Positions 25,845 through 37,804 of a stretch of 64,000 nucleotides of DNA are shown here, one piece after another; position 1 is the stretch's first letter; each line of letters begins with the position of its first letter. The position numbers and the translations under genes are program-made. Location: assembly GCA_030390025.1 (NCBI GenBank), contig CM059425.1:68882001-68946000 (forward strand), in the 5' to 3' direction. Under the pieces are notes generated by a model. The model had not been told where the DNA came from. It worked only from the letters and a program-made list of their open reading frames with translations, and ran no database searches. The DNA is from Squalus acanthias. Its lineage: Eukaryota.

Positions 25845-28800
25845 AGTTCTTTCCAGCAGAATTGAAGTACAGGTCTGTCCAGGCCGAGATTCAAGGCTGC
25901 AATGACCAGGGTGTGGGTGGAGAGCAAGATTGACCCTCCCCTTTAAGAACTGGCCACGCCAGTGTGTCTGTGTTCCATTGCTAACTGACATCACCTGAGC
26001 TTCGCCAGCGCTCTGAGGTAGCGCCTCGCTTCTCGGCGTTAGTGCCTTAAGAGAGGTGTGTAGCGCCTGATTTAGCGCTCAAATCACCTCTAGGGGCGAT
26101 AGAGGCCAAGTTTGCAGTCGGAGGCGATAATTAGTGCCAGGCGCTAAACTTTGCGCCCAGCCGATAATTGCGTCCCAAACGGGGCGATACCGAATTTCTC
26201 CCCCTTAAACTTAAATAAAGCCAATTACATAGGTATGAGGGGTGAGTTGGCTAAGGTAGATTGAAAAAATAAATTAAAAGGTATGGCGATAGATAAGCCG
26301 TGGCTAGCATTTAAAGAAATATTTCATAATTCTCAACAATAATACATTCCATTGAGAAACAAAAACTCCACAGGAAAAGTGAGCTAACTAAAGAAGTTAA
26401 AGATAGCATTAGATTGAAAGATGAAGCTTATAATGTTGCGAAGAATAGTAGTAAGCCTGAGGATTGGGAGTTTGAGAAACCAGCAAAGGATGACCAAAAA
26501 ATTGATAAAACGGGAAAAAATAGAATATGAGAGAAAACTAGCAAGAAATATAAAAGCAGATTGTAAGAGCTTCTACAAGTATGTAAAAAAGAAGAGAGTA
26601 GCAAAAGTAAACATTGGTCCCTTAGAAGCTGAGACAGGAGAAATTATTATGGGAAATAAGGAAATGGCAGAAACGTTAAACAAATATTTTGTATCTGTCT
26701 TCACAGTAGAAGACACAAAAAGCATACCAAAAATGATGGGTAACCAAGGGTCTAATGAGGGTGAGGAACTTAACTTAATTAATATAAGTAGAGCAAAAGT
26801 ACTAGAGAAACTAAAGGGACTAAATGCCGACAAATCCCCTGGACCTGACGGCCTACATCCTAGGGTTCTAAAAGAGGTGGCTGAAGAGATAGTGGATTCA
26901 TTGGTTTTGATCTTTCAAAATTCCCTAGATTCTAGAACGGTCCCAGTGGATTGGAAGGTCGCAAATGTAACACTGCTATTCAAGAAAGGAGGGAGAGAGA
27001 AAACAGGGAACTACAGGCCAGTTAGCCTGACATCAGTAGTAGGGAAAATGCTGGAATCCAATGTTAAGCAACTGTTATCAGGGCATGTAGAAAATCATAA
27101 CATGATTAGGCAGAGTCAACATGGCTTTATGAAAGGGAAATAGTGTTTGACAAATTTATTAGAGTTTCTTAAGGATGTAACTAGCAGGGTAGATAAAGGG
27201 GAACCAGTGGATGTAGTATATTTGGATTTCCAAAAGGCATTCGATAAGGTGCCACATAAAAGGTTATTACACAAGATTAGGGCTCATGGGGTTGGGGGGT
27301 AATATGGATAGAGGATTGGTTAACAGACAAAAAACAGAGAGTAGGGATAAACAGATCTTTTTCAGGTTGGCAGGCTAGTGGGGTACCGCAAGGATTAGTG
27401 TTGGGGCCTCAGCTATTTACAATCTATATTAATGACCTAGATGAAGGGACCGAGTGTAATGTATCCAAGTTTGCTGATGATACAAAGCTAGGTGGGACAG
27501 TAAGCTGTGAGGAGAACACAAAGTGTCTGCAAAGGGATGTAGATAGACTAAGTGAGTGGGCAGTAAGGTGGCAGATGGAGTATAATATAGGGAAATGTGA
27601 GGTTATTCACTTTGGTAGGAAGAATAGAAAAACAGAATATTTTTTAACTGGTGAGAAACTTTCAAATGTTGGTGTTGAGAGAGATTTGGGTGTCCTCATG
27701 CAAGAAACACAAAGCTAGCATGCAGGTACAGCAAGCAATAAGGAAGGCAAATGGCATGTTGGCCTTTATTGCAAGGGGGTTGGAGTATAAGAGTAAGGAA
27801 GTCTTGCTACAATTGTACAGGGCCTTGATGAGACCACACCTGGAGTACTGTGCACAGTTTTGGTCTCCTTATCTAAGGAAGGATATACTTGCCTTGGAGG
27901 CAGTGCAACGAAGGTTCACTAGATTGATTCCTGGGATGAGAGGGCTGTTCTGATGCAAGATTGTGTAGAATAGGCCTATACTCTCTGGAGTTTAGAAGAA
28001 TGAGAGGTGATCTCATTGAAACATACAATATTCTGAAGGGGATTGACAGGGTAGATGCTGAGAGGTTGTTTCCCCTGGCTGGAGTGTCTAGAACTAGGGG
28101 GCATAGTCTCAGGATAAGGGGTAGGCCATTTAAGACTGAAATGAGGAGGAATTTCTTCATTCAGAGGGTTGTGAATCTGTGGAATTCTCTGCCCCAGAGG
28201 GCTGTGCATGCTGAGTCTTTGAGTATATTCAAGGCTGAGAAAGATAGATTTTTGGACTCTAGGGGAATCAAGGGATATGGAGATCGGGCGGGAAAGTGGA
28301 GTTGAGGTCGATGATCAGCCATGATCTTATTGAATGGCGGAACAGGCTCGAGGGGCCGTATGGCCTACTCCTGCTCCGAGTTCTTATATTCTTATGTTCT
28401 TATGGAGCAAGATCCTGCCCCATGTTCCTCTGCCCTAACCCCGCTTGATATCACCCCTTGTATCACTTGCTTCCTCAGTTCCATGCACCAGCACAGATAT
28501 TTTCGCCTAGGAGTAAGTAGATAGTCTAAGTGGGGTTGTGGCACCAGCTGATTCACGGAGCACAGGGGTACTGGAGGAGTGAAAGTGTAACCATCCCAGT
28601 GGAGGCTATAGAGATGGCTGCCCTTGGCTCGGGAGTCATGGGACTCAGATCTCATGGGTACTCATCTGTGAAAAAGAATGTTTGAGCAACTTCATACCTA
28701 AGTGCAGGCACTGAACTTAGTGTCTGAGGATGTGTGGCAACTGACAGGAGTGACACAGGAGTATGCATCTCTCATTTGCAGCAATATCATGGCAGATCTT

Positions 28801-29289
28801 ACCTTTTCCCAGTCATCAATGGAGCATCTGGCACCTTCATTGGAATCTGCAACATTTCTCTACCTCACGGGTGGCCCAGGACCAGTAGGTGCCTCCTCTT
28901 CCATGGAAGTACACACAACAACCCTGGAGGCTATAGGGAATAGGTTAGACAGAAGCCACCATACTTGCTTTCAGCCATTTGGGGCTAGGATAAAGGCAGC
29001 TGTCTCTCAGGGTTTTTAGGATTTGATAGCAGCCATTAGACTAGACATCATACTGAGGTGTTATGGGAATGTGCCTGCCATAGTAGAATAGTTTGTATGT
29101 AGTGTGTAAGATGTGAGCAGTAGAGAAGCGAGGGTTGCAACAGTGGTGTGAGTAGTAGGAAAAGAAGGTGGCGTGGTGTGGTGCAGAGATTGTACGAGAG
29201 TGAAGGGAAGCGGGGAGGGAAGTGTTGTGTATAGTGAGGCTGCAGGGGTTGCAGGTGTGAAGAGAGATTAATTGAGGTAAGATTCTAGG

Positions 29290-29680
29290 ATTCTTACCTT
29301 GATAACTCTGGTGAGGTCATTGAACTTGCCATATCCTGGGAGCTATGCTCCTGGCATTGACCTCCTCTGTAACCTCTTCCCACTGACAGCGGAGGTCAGG
29401 ACCTCCAATGCAGCATTGGAGAATCTGGGGGCCCAATCTGCAGGTCTTGCGGCCATTTGTTTGTTCAGCCGCCTTCCTTATTGTCTGCAGCCAGAGTGCA
29501 CAACCCCTTTAAGAGGTGTTCACTGCCTTTAAGTGGCATCAGTGAAGCCCAAATTTTCTGCCCCTCCTCAAACAGATACACAGCCAATGAATAGCATGGG
29601 TAGCGCTGGCTGCACGCCGAACTCATGATGATGAACAGGCGCGAGCAGTGCACCCATTATTGGACACGATCGAATTTCTG
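29290..29680 (-). mobile_element. Harbinger end fragment with Myb exon-1 remnant
   Basis: Minus strand APRFSNAALEV and KFNDLTRVIK|GTAAG. Upstream region resembles 13400-13560. Confidence 0.65.
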
Positions 29681-29999
29681 TTTGAAACGCTCCATTGAAA
29701 GTCCAGCAATCATTTTTCAAAGCTTCTCCAGGCTGCGGCTGTAAAGACCTTTGTGAGTATCATCTGGTGCTGCCAGTATGTATGCCTCTTTTATCTCATC
29801 GTGAATTACCCTTAGTGCCATGAAGGTGTTAATCATGAGATTTGGACAGTCCTATGCCATTCCAAGTCATTTAAATACATACTCCCAGCAGTGTCGGCCT
29901 GCATGCACACTGTCAGAAGGCCCTACACCCAACTGGATATGGTAGCGCAGCCATTACAGGGTAAACAATTGCATTCCGCGGGCCTCAGTGAGTACAAAC

Positions 30000-30175
30000 A
30001 CCTTTTAATGGGATTCTGGATAAGCACATGAGGGAGAAAGGAATAGAAGGTTATGTTGATGGGGTGAGATGAAGAAGGGTGGGAGGAGGTCCCCCTAGAG
30101 GATAAACACTGGCCTAGACCTGCTGGTCCAAATGGCCTGTTTCTGTGCTGTAAATACTATGTAATACTTTGTACT
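30000..30175 (+). mobile_element. CR1 3' tail fragment
   Basis: CTGGATAAGCACATGAGGG...AAATGGCCTGTTTCTGTGCTGTAAATACTATGTAA. Confidence 0.6.
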
Positions 30176-30379
30176 TTCTAGTACCAAACATACACTGCAA
30201 AAATTAAATTTGGGGTCAATGTTTTTAATATAATAGATAGATGTACAAGAAAAGGTCACTTTTTTTAAACTTTTCTATAGCTTTTAATTTCAGAAATTGT
30301 GTTTGTAACTTTGTTCATTGTGTATCCTTGAATCATTTGCCTTGTTTTAAGTATGCATACATGTAGAATACATATAAAA

Positions 30380-30765
30380 GAAAGAACTTGCATTTATATA
30401 GTATCTTTCACTTCCTCAAGACGTCCTAAAGCGCTTTACAACCAATGAGGTACGGTTTTTGAAGTGTAGTCATTGTTATAATGTAGGAGGCATGGCAGCC
30501 AATCTGCGCACAGCAAGGCCTCACACACAGCAATGTGATTATAACCAGATAATCTGTTTCAGGTGTTGATTTGAGGGATAAATATTGGCCAGGACACTGG
30601 GAGAACTCCCTTGCTCTTCTTCGAAATAGTGCCATGGGATCTTTTACGTCCACTTGAGAGGGCAGACGGGGGCCTCAGTTTAATGTCTCATCTGAAAGAC
30701 GGCACCTCCGACAGTGCAGCACTCTCTCAGCACTAGATTTGTCTCAAGTCTCTGGTGTAGGACTT
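30380..30765 (-). mobile_element. Deu-domain SINE (SacSINE1-like)
   Basis: Reverse complement of the 34050-34450 sequence. Confidence 0.85.
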
Positions 30766-31354
30766 CAAATGCAGATATAAGATACCATAAAGTTAGAATA
30801 CTGTGCCTGCAGCAACGTTAGTGGGTTCATTAATATGTTTGTCAGACCATTAAAGCCAGGAGACATGTCAATAAAAGATAATAAACAGTAGAGGAGCTGA
30901 TTATGACATCTACTCTCCCCTCTGAATGACAAATAAATTGAGATCCAAATCAATTCACAAAACTACGTATTATATTTGAGTTGCAAACAGCATGCTTAGT
31001 AAGCTACATTTTTAAGTGCTCCATGTATTAGTATAAATGGGAACTAACAGTTCCTTCCTCTTGCGAGAGATTGTATGCCTGAAGAGATCATTGAAAAGTA
31101 ATAAGTCCAACCTTTGTAACACAGAGACAGGCCATAGATTCACCAAACATCACTGGCGTCAATTTTTGCTGCCGATAGCAGAATATTTCAGGCATGAATA
31201 ATTTGTTTTCCTACTTCTTAAGCTCCACTACACACCGCAGACATTTAAAATTATTTAACGTGAAGGGGTGGATCTCCTGTGGCGTTGCTCAGGGGACAGC
31301 AATGCCAGGAGATGGATCTGGATCAAGTCAGCAAGGATTAGCAATGTCCATGCT

Positions 31355-31930
31355 ACAGAGCCCTGGTTAGACCACACCTGGAGTACTGTGAGCAGTTCTG
31401 GGCACCACACCTTAGGAAGGATATAGTAGGCTTGGAGGGAGTGCAGCGTAGATTTAACAGAACAATACCTGGATTCCAAGGGTTAAGTTACGAGGAGAGA
31501 TTACACAAACTAGGGTTGTATTCCCTGGAATTTAGATGGTTATGGGGTGATTTGATCAAAGTTTTCAAGATATTAAGGGGAACTGATAGGGTAGATAGAG
31601 AGAAACTATTTCTGCTGGTTGGGGAGTCTCGGACTAGGGGGCAGAGTCTAAAAATTAGAGCCAGACCTTTCAGGAGTGAAATTAGGAAACACTTCTACAC
31701 ACAAAGGGTGGTTGAAGTTTGGAACTCTCTTCCGCAAACGGCAATTGATGCTAGATCAATTGTTAATTTTAAATCTGAAATTAATAGATTTTTGTTAACC
31801 AGAGGTATTAAGCGATATGGGGCATAGGCAGGTATATGAAGTTAGGTCACAAATCAGCCATGATCTAATTGAATGGTGGGACAGGCTCGAGGGGTTAAAT
31901 GGCCTACTCCTGTTCCTATGTTCCTATGAT
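31355..31930 (+). mobile_element. CR1 3' fragment
   Basis: ALVRPHLEYCEQFWAP...RKHFYTQRVVEVWNSLP, with tail ending (TTCCTATG)n. Confidence 0.9.
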
Positions 31931-33309
31931 CCATGTGAAAAGTAGCAGTGAAGCGTGTTGATGGCTGGTATGCGCACACAGTCATCCCAAAATAGGCAAT
32001 GAGGGCAGTGAGCTTGTGCATGGGCTGATCCTAAGAGGTATTGGGAACATACTGGAGGTGATGATAGCTAGCAACCAAGAACGAAACAGGACACAAACAG
32101 CAGGCCCAGAGAGGGAGACAGGCTTAGACAAGAGAAAGTTGTGCTACAAAAAATTCAGTGAATTTTTTTTAAAGGAGTATTATGTGATTTTTTTTTTAAT
32201 GTAGTAGTGGTTTGTAAGTTGGAGGATATAATCTCTTTCTTAGCTGTCTTTGTCGTCTTTGTATTGTTGCTTCTTTCTTATGTATTGCGTGTCTCCCTTC
32301 CTCTCATTTCCCTCTATTTCATTTAGTTTCTACTTGTTTCTCCATTTCCTTTCTCTTGCAATTCTCTGTTGTATTTTAGGTATCTGTCTGTGCCTTTTTT
32401 TTTCTATTGTTTGTCTCTGTCCTCTTCTGGTTGTCTGTTTCCTTGTCTTCTGTCCTTTCAGATGGGAGGGTGTGGGGTGGAAGACAGCATTTTGGCGATG
32501 ATGTGCTGACTGGGAAGGAATGTTGCTGTGGCTATAAGCTGGTGGGTTTTTGGTTGTATGTCATGGCTGTCAGGAAGGATTGGAGGCACGGAACATATTT
32601 TTGATGGTGAGCGTGGGATCCAGTGGGGAACGGATGTGGTTAAGGCAGGAGGCGGTAGGAGGGAAGGGAAACCAGCAATGAGTGGGAAGGAATGGGATGT
32701 CAGGGTGCCTGGGGTGGAGGTGTTTAGGAGGGAGAGGGAAAGGCCGGGAGCCGAGAAGAAATGGGCATTTGGGATAGAATGTGCCAGGACAGTGAGGGAA
32801 AGGATGAGGGGTGAGAAGCAGTGGGTGGTTGTGGTGCTTGGGATGGGACAAGGTAGGGGCAAGGTAAAAAGTAAGAGGAGTGGGGAATGGATACATGCTG
32901 AACGGCAAACAGCATGCCGAACTGAACAGATAGTGGTTATTTAAGCCAATCATAATATTTTGCCCAATGATGTGTGTGGCCCTTTTGAAATGTGATGCAA
33001 CAAGTTGCATTAGATACAAGATAGATAAAGTAAATCTGAAGCAGTGCTTCGAGATACTTCAAAACTATAGAGAGTATATCTACAATCCATGCTCCTGCAA
33101 TGACACTTTTCCCATTGAGGGTCATTATCAGGAATTTGGAGTTGGAGGGGGCAGTGAGCTCGGGGGAGAGAGAGCAACAGACTTTTTTACCCAAATTTCC
33201 GTTATGTGCTCCCTGAGGGTGAATCTGCACACTGGAGCACAAATTCGTAAAACATGCCAATACATCGAGAGGCACATGCTAAAACTGGTGAAAGGTCAAT
33301 TTAGGACTG

Positions 33310-33823
33310 TGTTGGTGAAAAATGAATTCACTCGAGTCTGTCTCAAAGCAGAAGATCACAGTTTATTTAACAGAGCGCGCTGGGAGAAGAGCCATAGACC
33401 CCGTGGTCTAGTGATCCACTTCTCATCATTACAGTGGTATCGGAACTTCTTTTATACATTATAGGGTCGGATACGCAATTCATTACATACAAATGTCTCC
33501 ACCCAATCACATTCCCCCAGCAACAAACTCCTTAATTATAATCTGCACTTTAAGCTAAATTTTTCTTGTTACTTCCCCATCGAAACTATAAACATAGAGT
33601 GTTGCGTCACCTCTGGTCATGCGGTGATTGGTTCTCAAGTGTAACCGTTGTACTATTATTGTCTTAGTGGGCCTCCTTGGTGCCTCGCATGTACGCATGT
33701 TGACCACAGACATTACTCATCGCACTGTCAGCGAAACCATTCTGTATTTACGAATTTACCTTTTACAGCACATTCTTTAACTTTTACGTTGCTGCTTTAA
33801 GCCCTATAATTTTTACCCTAACA
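33310..33823 (-). mobile_element. Solo LTR (514 bp) inserted in an old CR1 fragment
   Basis: TG...CA inverted ends (TGTTGGTGAAAAAT / ATTTTTACCCTAACA) and 4-bp TSD ACTG. Minus-strand TATAAA (~33455) precedes AATAAA (~33367). Confidence 0.82.
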
Positions 33824-34004
33824 ACTGATGTCAGTAAGAACCTCTTCATGCAGATTGCTCAACCCTTGGAATGGTCTGCCAGACCTAGGCAAGATACAGG
33901 AGTCAAGAGCCTTAGATGCATTCAAGATTCAATTAGTTGATGGGGATGGGAAAGCTATCGGGTTTTTTCCAGGTTGCATGAGCTAAGATGGACCAAATGA
34001 TCAG

Positions 34005-34450
34005 CCGGGGCTCAGTGATAGCACTCTTGCCTCTGAATCAGAAGGTCATGGGTTCAAGTCCCACTCCAGAGACTTGAGCACGTAATCTAGGCTGACAGTA
34101 CAGTGCTGATGAGTGCTGTACTGCCAGAGGTGCTGTCTTTCAATGAGATGTTAAACTGAGGCCCCCATCTGCCCTCTCAGGTGGACTTAAAAGATGCCAT
34201 GGCACTATTGGAAGAAGAGCAGGGGAGTTCTCCCGGTATCCTAGCCAACATTTATCTCTCAACCAACACCTAAAACAGATTATCTGGTCATTATCTCATT
34301 GCTGTTTGTGGGAGCTTGCTGTGTGCAAATTGGCTGCTGCGTTTCCTACATTACAGCAGTGACTACAATTTTTTTTTTAAATACTTCATTGGCTGTAAAG
34401 TGCTTTGGGACGTCCTGAGATCGTGAAAGGTGCGATTGAAATCAAGTTTT
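34005..34450 (+). mobile_element. Full-length tRNA-derived Deu-domain SINE (SacSINE1-like)
   Basis: Box A (GGCTCAGTGAT) and box B (GGTTCAAGTCC). Core GGTGCTGTCTTTCAATGAGATGTTAAACTGAGG...AAAGATGCCATGGCACT resembles the Deu domain; L2-like tail. Confidence 0.85.
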
Positions 34451-35069
34451 TTTACTCGCTATCTAGCATGTGATCTTGTGAGGTCAATTGCAGTTGTCAT
34501 TTAAGTCTTTTAAGCGCTAGTATAATAATAGGCTATGGTTGCGGCTACCATAACAGAGGGTAAAAGCATGCCTTCCCCTCTGCTCTACTGAGAGTGCAAA
34601 AGCCATGTCAATAATCAATATTTGGGGTGCAAGGTGCAAACAGTTAACAAGCGATTGCATGTGGTGACCTGCCTTTCAACACTGAAAACAGTTCTACTTA
34701 CTTATAATACAATTTTAGTCTTCTTCAATGGCAAGACATTCCAGTGAGTCAATTTGGCAAAAATGCTTTAAAAAAAAGTTAAAGGAACTAAAGTAGAAAA
34801 TTTTATGGAAAGTGTATGCAACTGAAAAAGTTTGTGAACAATGCAAAGTCAGCAACCTCACATTCTTTCCCAACTCATCTATGGTGCAACACAAGTTAAA
34901 AATTCATTTATTTTTGCTGCAGTTGCACTGCACGCCAGCAGATGACAGCTTCACGTCTTTGTCTCTGTTAGCATTCAGCCTTTTGCTGTCCTTGTGTTAT
35001 TTCCACTATAAGAAACATAAACATAGGCTAAGAGGTTTTAACTCAAACAAACAAGTCCAGATATCCTCA

Positions 35070-35640
35070 TTCAGACCAGAAATCGGGTTTAAAATGAATG
35101 GGCTCAGCCCGTTTTTGGGGCACAGAGCGGTCGGCGCGCTGGGAACGTGCGCCAGAGGCCGGAGGCTCGACCGGAATTGGGCCTCGGGCCTCATCAGCCT
35201 ATTTCTGGGGAGCTGCGGATACCAATTGGGCATCCAGAGGCAGCTCGCAGGACCCCAGAGCACCACGTTGGGCCGGCTGCCTTGCTGGCAGCAGCCCTCA
35301 GGTAGGTCTGCGGGGGTGGGGAGAGGAGAATAGGAAGGGCGAGGGTGAGGGCGGGCCGGCAGTGGAACGCAGTAGTATTGTGGAGCTGAGAGGAGCACAT
35401 CTGCTCATCTGGGCGCCACATAGAGGTAAGTTAAAACATAAATCTTTTTTGGTGGCAGCCACCAACGGTCCCTTTTGAGGACAAACTGATTAGTTCCACT
35501 CAGCGCTGACAAATTTCCAGGAAAGGTTATGAAACAGGTGTTAGACCCCCTCATTAATATATGCAAGGGGCCTAATGCCTGTTTTAGGCAGCCGTCAATG
35601 ACACCTGACTATCGTCTGCCCCTATATGGGTTTGGGGTAA
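35070..35640. mobile_element. Degenerate Harbinger-type MITE
   Basis: GC-rich island starting CCAGAAATC, with motifs shared with 54650-55215. Ends unclear. Confidence 0.45.
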
Positions 35641-36510
35641 TGATGTGCTGAATCATGTTATTTTATTGCAACTTTATTGAGTTCAAATTTACCGTCAAAC
35701 CCTTTTACTTTATAAGGGATTGTTGCACACAATTACAATTGTTTTTGGTCAGGTGCCAAGTCTGACCCCATCTTTGCTCCAGGACTCCCTGGTCGCTAAG
35801 GATATTTCTGGTAGTTGTTGATTCTTGATAAGCATTATTAATGTTATTCCTTTGCAGTCAGTGAGCTCCAACTTCCATAATTCCCTGTCATCATACCTTC
35901 TAATTCTCTTGTACCATGTCACTATTTCAATAATAAATCAGACATATGACTGTCTGAACAGTCAAATCCATTGAAAATAACACATTTGCAGCAATTTCCA
36001 AGTGTACTACATCACAACGAGAAAGGCAGAACAACTGGAATACTTCAATGACTTGAAAATTAGTCGTGCCTCTGATCACCATAGGTTTTCATAGCACTCT
36101 GCAAAAATGCCAATGTCCTTTAAAACTCTATCCACTAGGAGGAGCTGCAGATTCTTGAATTGTCCCGAAGAATGAGTGCGAGGGAGATTAGTACATACTT
36201 TAAATGACAGCATTCACGGTATTCATACAGTTAAGGGCTGTTCTGTATGAAAGTGATTTCTAATTTGATACCAAACTAACTGCCTATTTTTTTTTAATTT
36301 GTGAGTTTAAATCATGAATGTCTTTATTTTTTAAATTGTTCCAATAATCTTTATAGATTTATTTTTCCTTACCGTCAACCTTTTTGCATTGTCAAGAGTT
36401 CTACAGTATTGTTGAAACAGATAAACTGCGTTTGAATCACAGATTTGCCTGCTGCTATATTTGAACATTCTGGTGAACAATATGAGTTTCTATCCCTGTA
36501 AAGAGACCAT

Positions 36511-36696
36511 GGCCTAGAAATGCGTCTCGGGCGGTGGCGAAAAGCGGGCGGTAGCGGCTCGGCCGCCCGTTACACACCGCGCCTGATCTTCAGTTCCATT
36601 GACTGCAGTGGAACTGAATATCAGACACTGCGTATAACGGTCGGCCGAGCCGATACCGCCCGATGTGCCCCACTGCCCAGGACAAATTTCTAGGCC
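36511..36696. mobile_element. Short Harbinger-type MITE (186 bp)
   Basis: Perfect 11-bp TIR GGCCTAGAAAT/ATTTCTAGGCC, TSD CAT, and an internal hairpin. Confidence 0.88.
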
Positions 36697-37804
36697 CATG
36701 ACATTTAGTTGATTTATTTGATGAATTGTTGCAGCAGGAATCTTGAAACAGCAGTAATAAGCAAGTGTTAGTCAGCAAGTTAGGAGCTAAATCATGGGTC
36801 ACACAGTGAACACGCAAGTGAAACAAAGCGTGAACAATTACACAATCAAAACCTGAGAGCCCAACATTTTAAGGAAGCTGAAATATCCTCGTACTGTTAG
36901 TGGGATGTCAGAAACCCAAACAAGGCCAAATTGGCTAAAGGTTAGTGAAAAAAATCATATGATTGAAATGTCTTATTATCTTGGCTTTGTTGCTCTTGGA
37001 GATTGTCAATTTTGCCTTTCCAGAATATGGTTATATAATTTTAGGATGGCATTACAAAGCAAGCACAACAAAGTAACACTAAACCATTGTTACAGGAACT
37101 GAGAACCAGTTTGGCAATAATTAAAAACAATACAAACTTCTGAAGTAGCTAACAAATGATGCATGGAGCAATCAGCAGAGTTTGTGACAATGGAGACATT
37201 CTCCAAAGGAAACATTCCTAGACCCTTCGACCCTGATATTTACTGGGAGGTGATTAGTGAGCGGAGGCACGCAGGGCGTGGGGGCGGGGGTGGCAGTGGG
37301 GTTGTAGCAGCCAAAAACCTGGTAATATGAGTAATGCGGAGGTCATGCCAAATTTAACTGCAGGACCTCATTTGGATTTTTTTCCTCCACTTCCCAGCTG
37401 GCAGCCAGCCAGATAGAGAGGTTGGCTGTCAGGCGGGAAGGCCCGTGCTGCAAGGCCACAGCCGGAGAGTGGAGTGGAGAGGAGAGAGAGAGGGAGGGAG
37501 AGATGGGGGGGATGTGGGGTAAAGACATCACGGAGGGGGTTGATCGCCGACCGAGGGGGAGATCGCGGGTCAGGGGAAGATGAAAGCAATTTTCAATTTA
37601 CCGTAGACGTTTGCCTTTATTTATGCCTTCTAAAAGTTTGCCTTTATTTATGCCTTCTAACTTGTAAACTAATCGTTTATATGGTACAGTATCAAAAGCC
37701 TTGCTGAAACCTAATCACAGAATTACCATTGTGAACATGGTCTGTCATTTCTTCAAAGAACTCTAGTAAATTTGTTAAGCAAGATCTCCCTCCCATAAAT
37801 CTAT

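Larger units (their letters stand above)
22022..26204 (+). mobile_element. Full-length two-gene PIF/Harbinger transposon (copy A)
   Basis: 15-bp TIRs GGGGGAAAAATTCGG / CCGAATTTCTCCCCC. TSD is TTG/TTA, or alternatively CTT with ends 22021-26203. Flanks rejoin as CR1. Confidence 0.93.
20110..28401 (+). mobile_element. 5'-truncated CR1 LINE interrupted by a MITE and a Harbinger
   Basis: Esterase C-terminus (DGLHLN) to 20380, APE domain 20560-21212, linker 21976-22021, RT 26205-28305 and tail to ~28401. Confidence 0.93.

Noticed and set aside
32220-32950. Hydrophobic and Gly/Arg-rich ORFs
   Set aside because: Low-complexity TC- and GA-rich sequence with no recognisable motifs.
34005-34075. tRNA gene
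   Set aside because: It is the tRNA-derived head of a SINE and runs directly into the SINE body. The same applies near 63200-63285.
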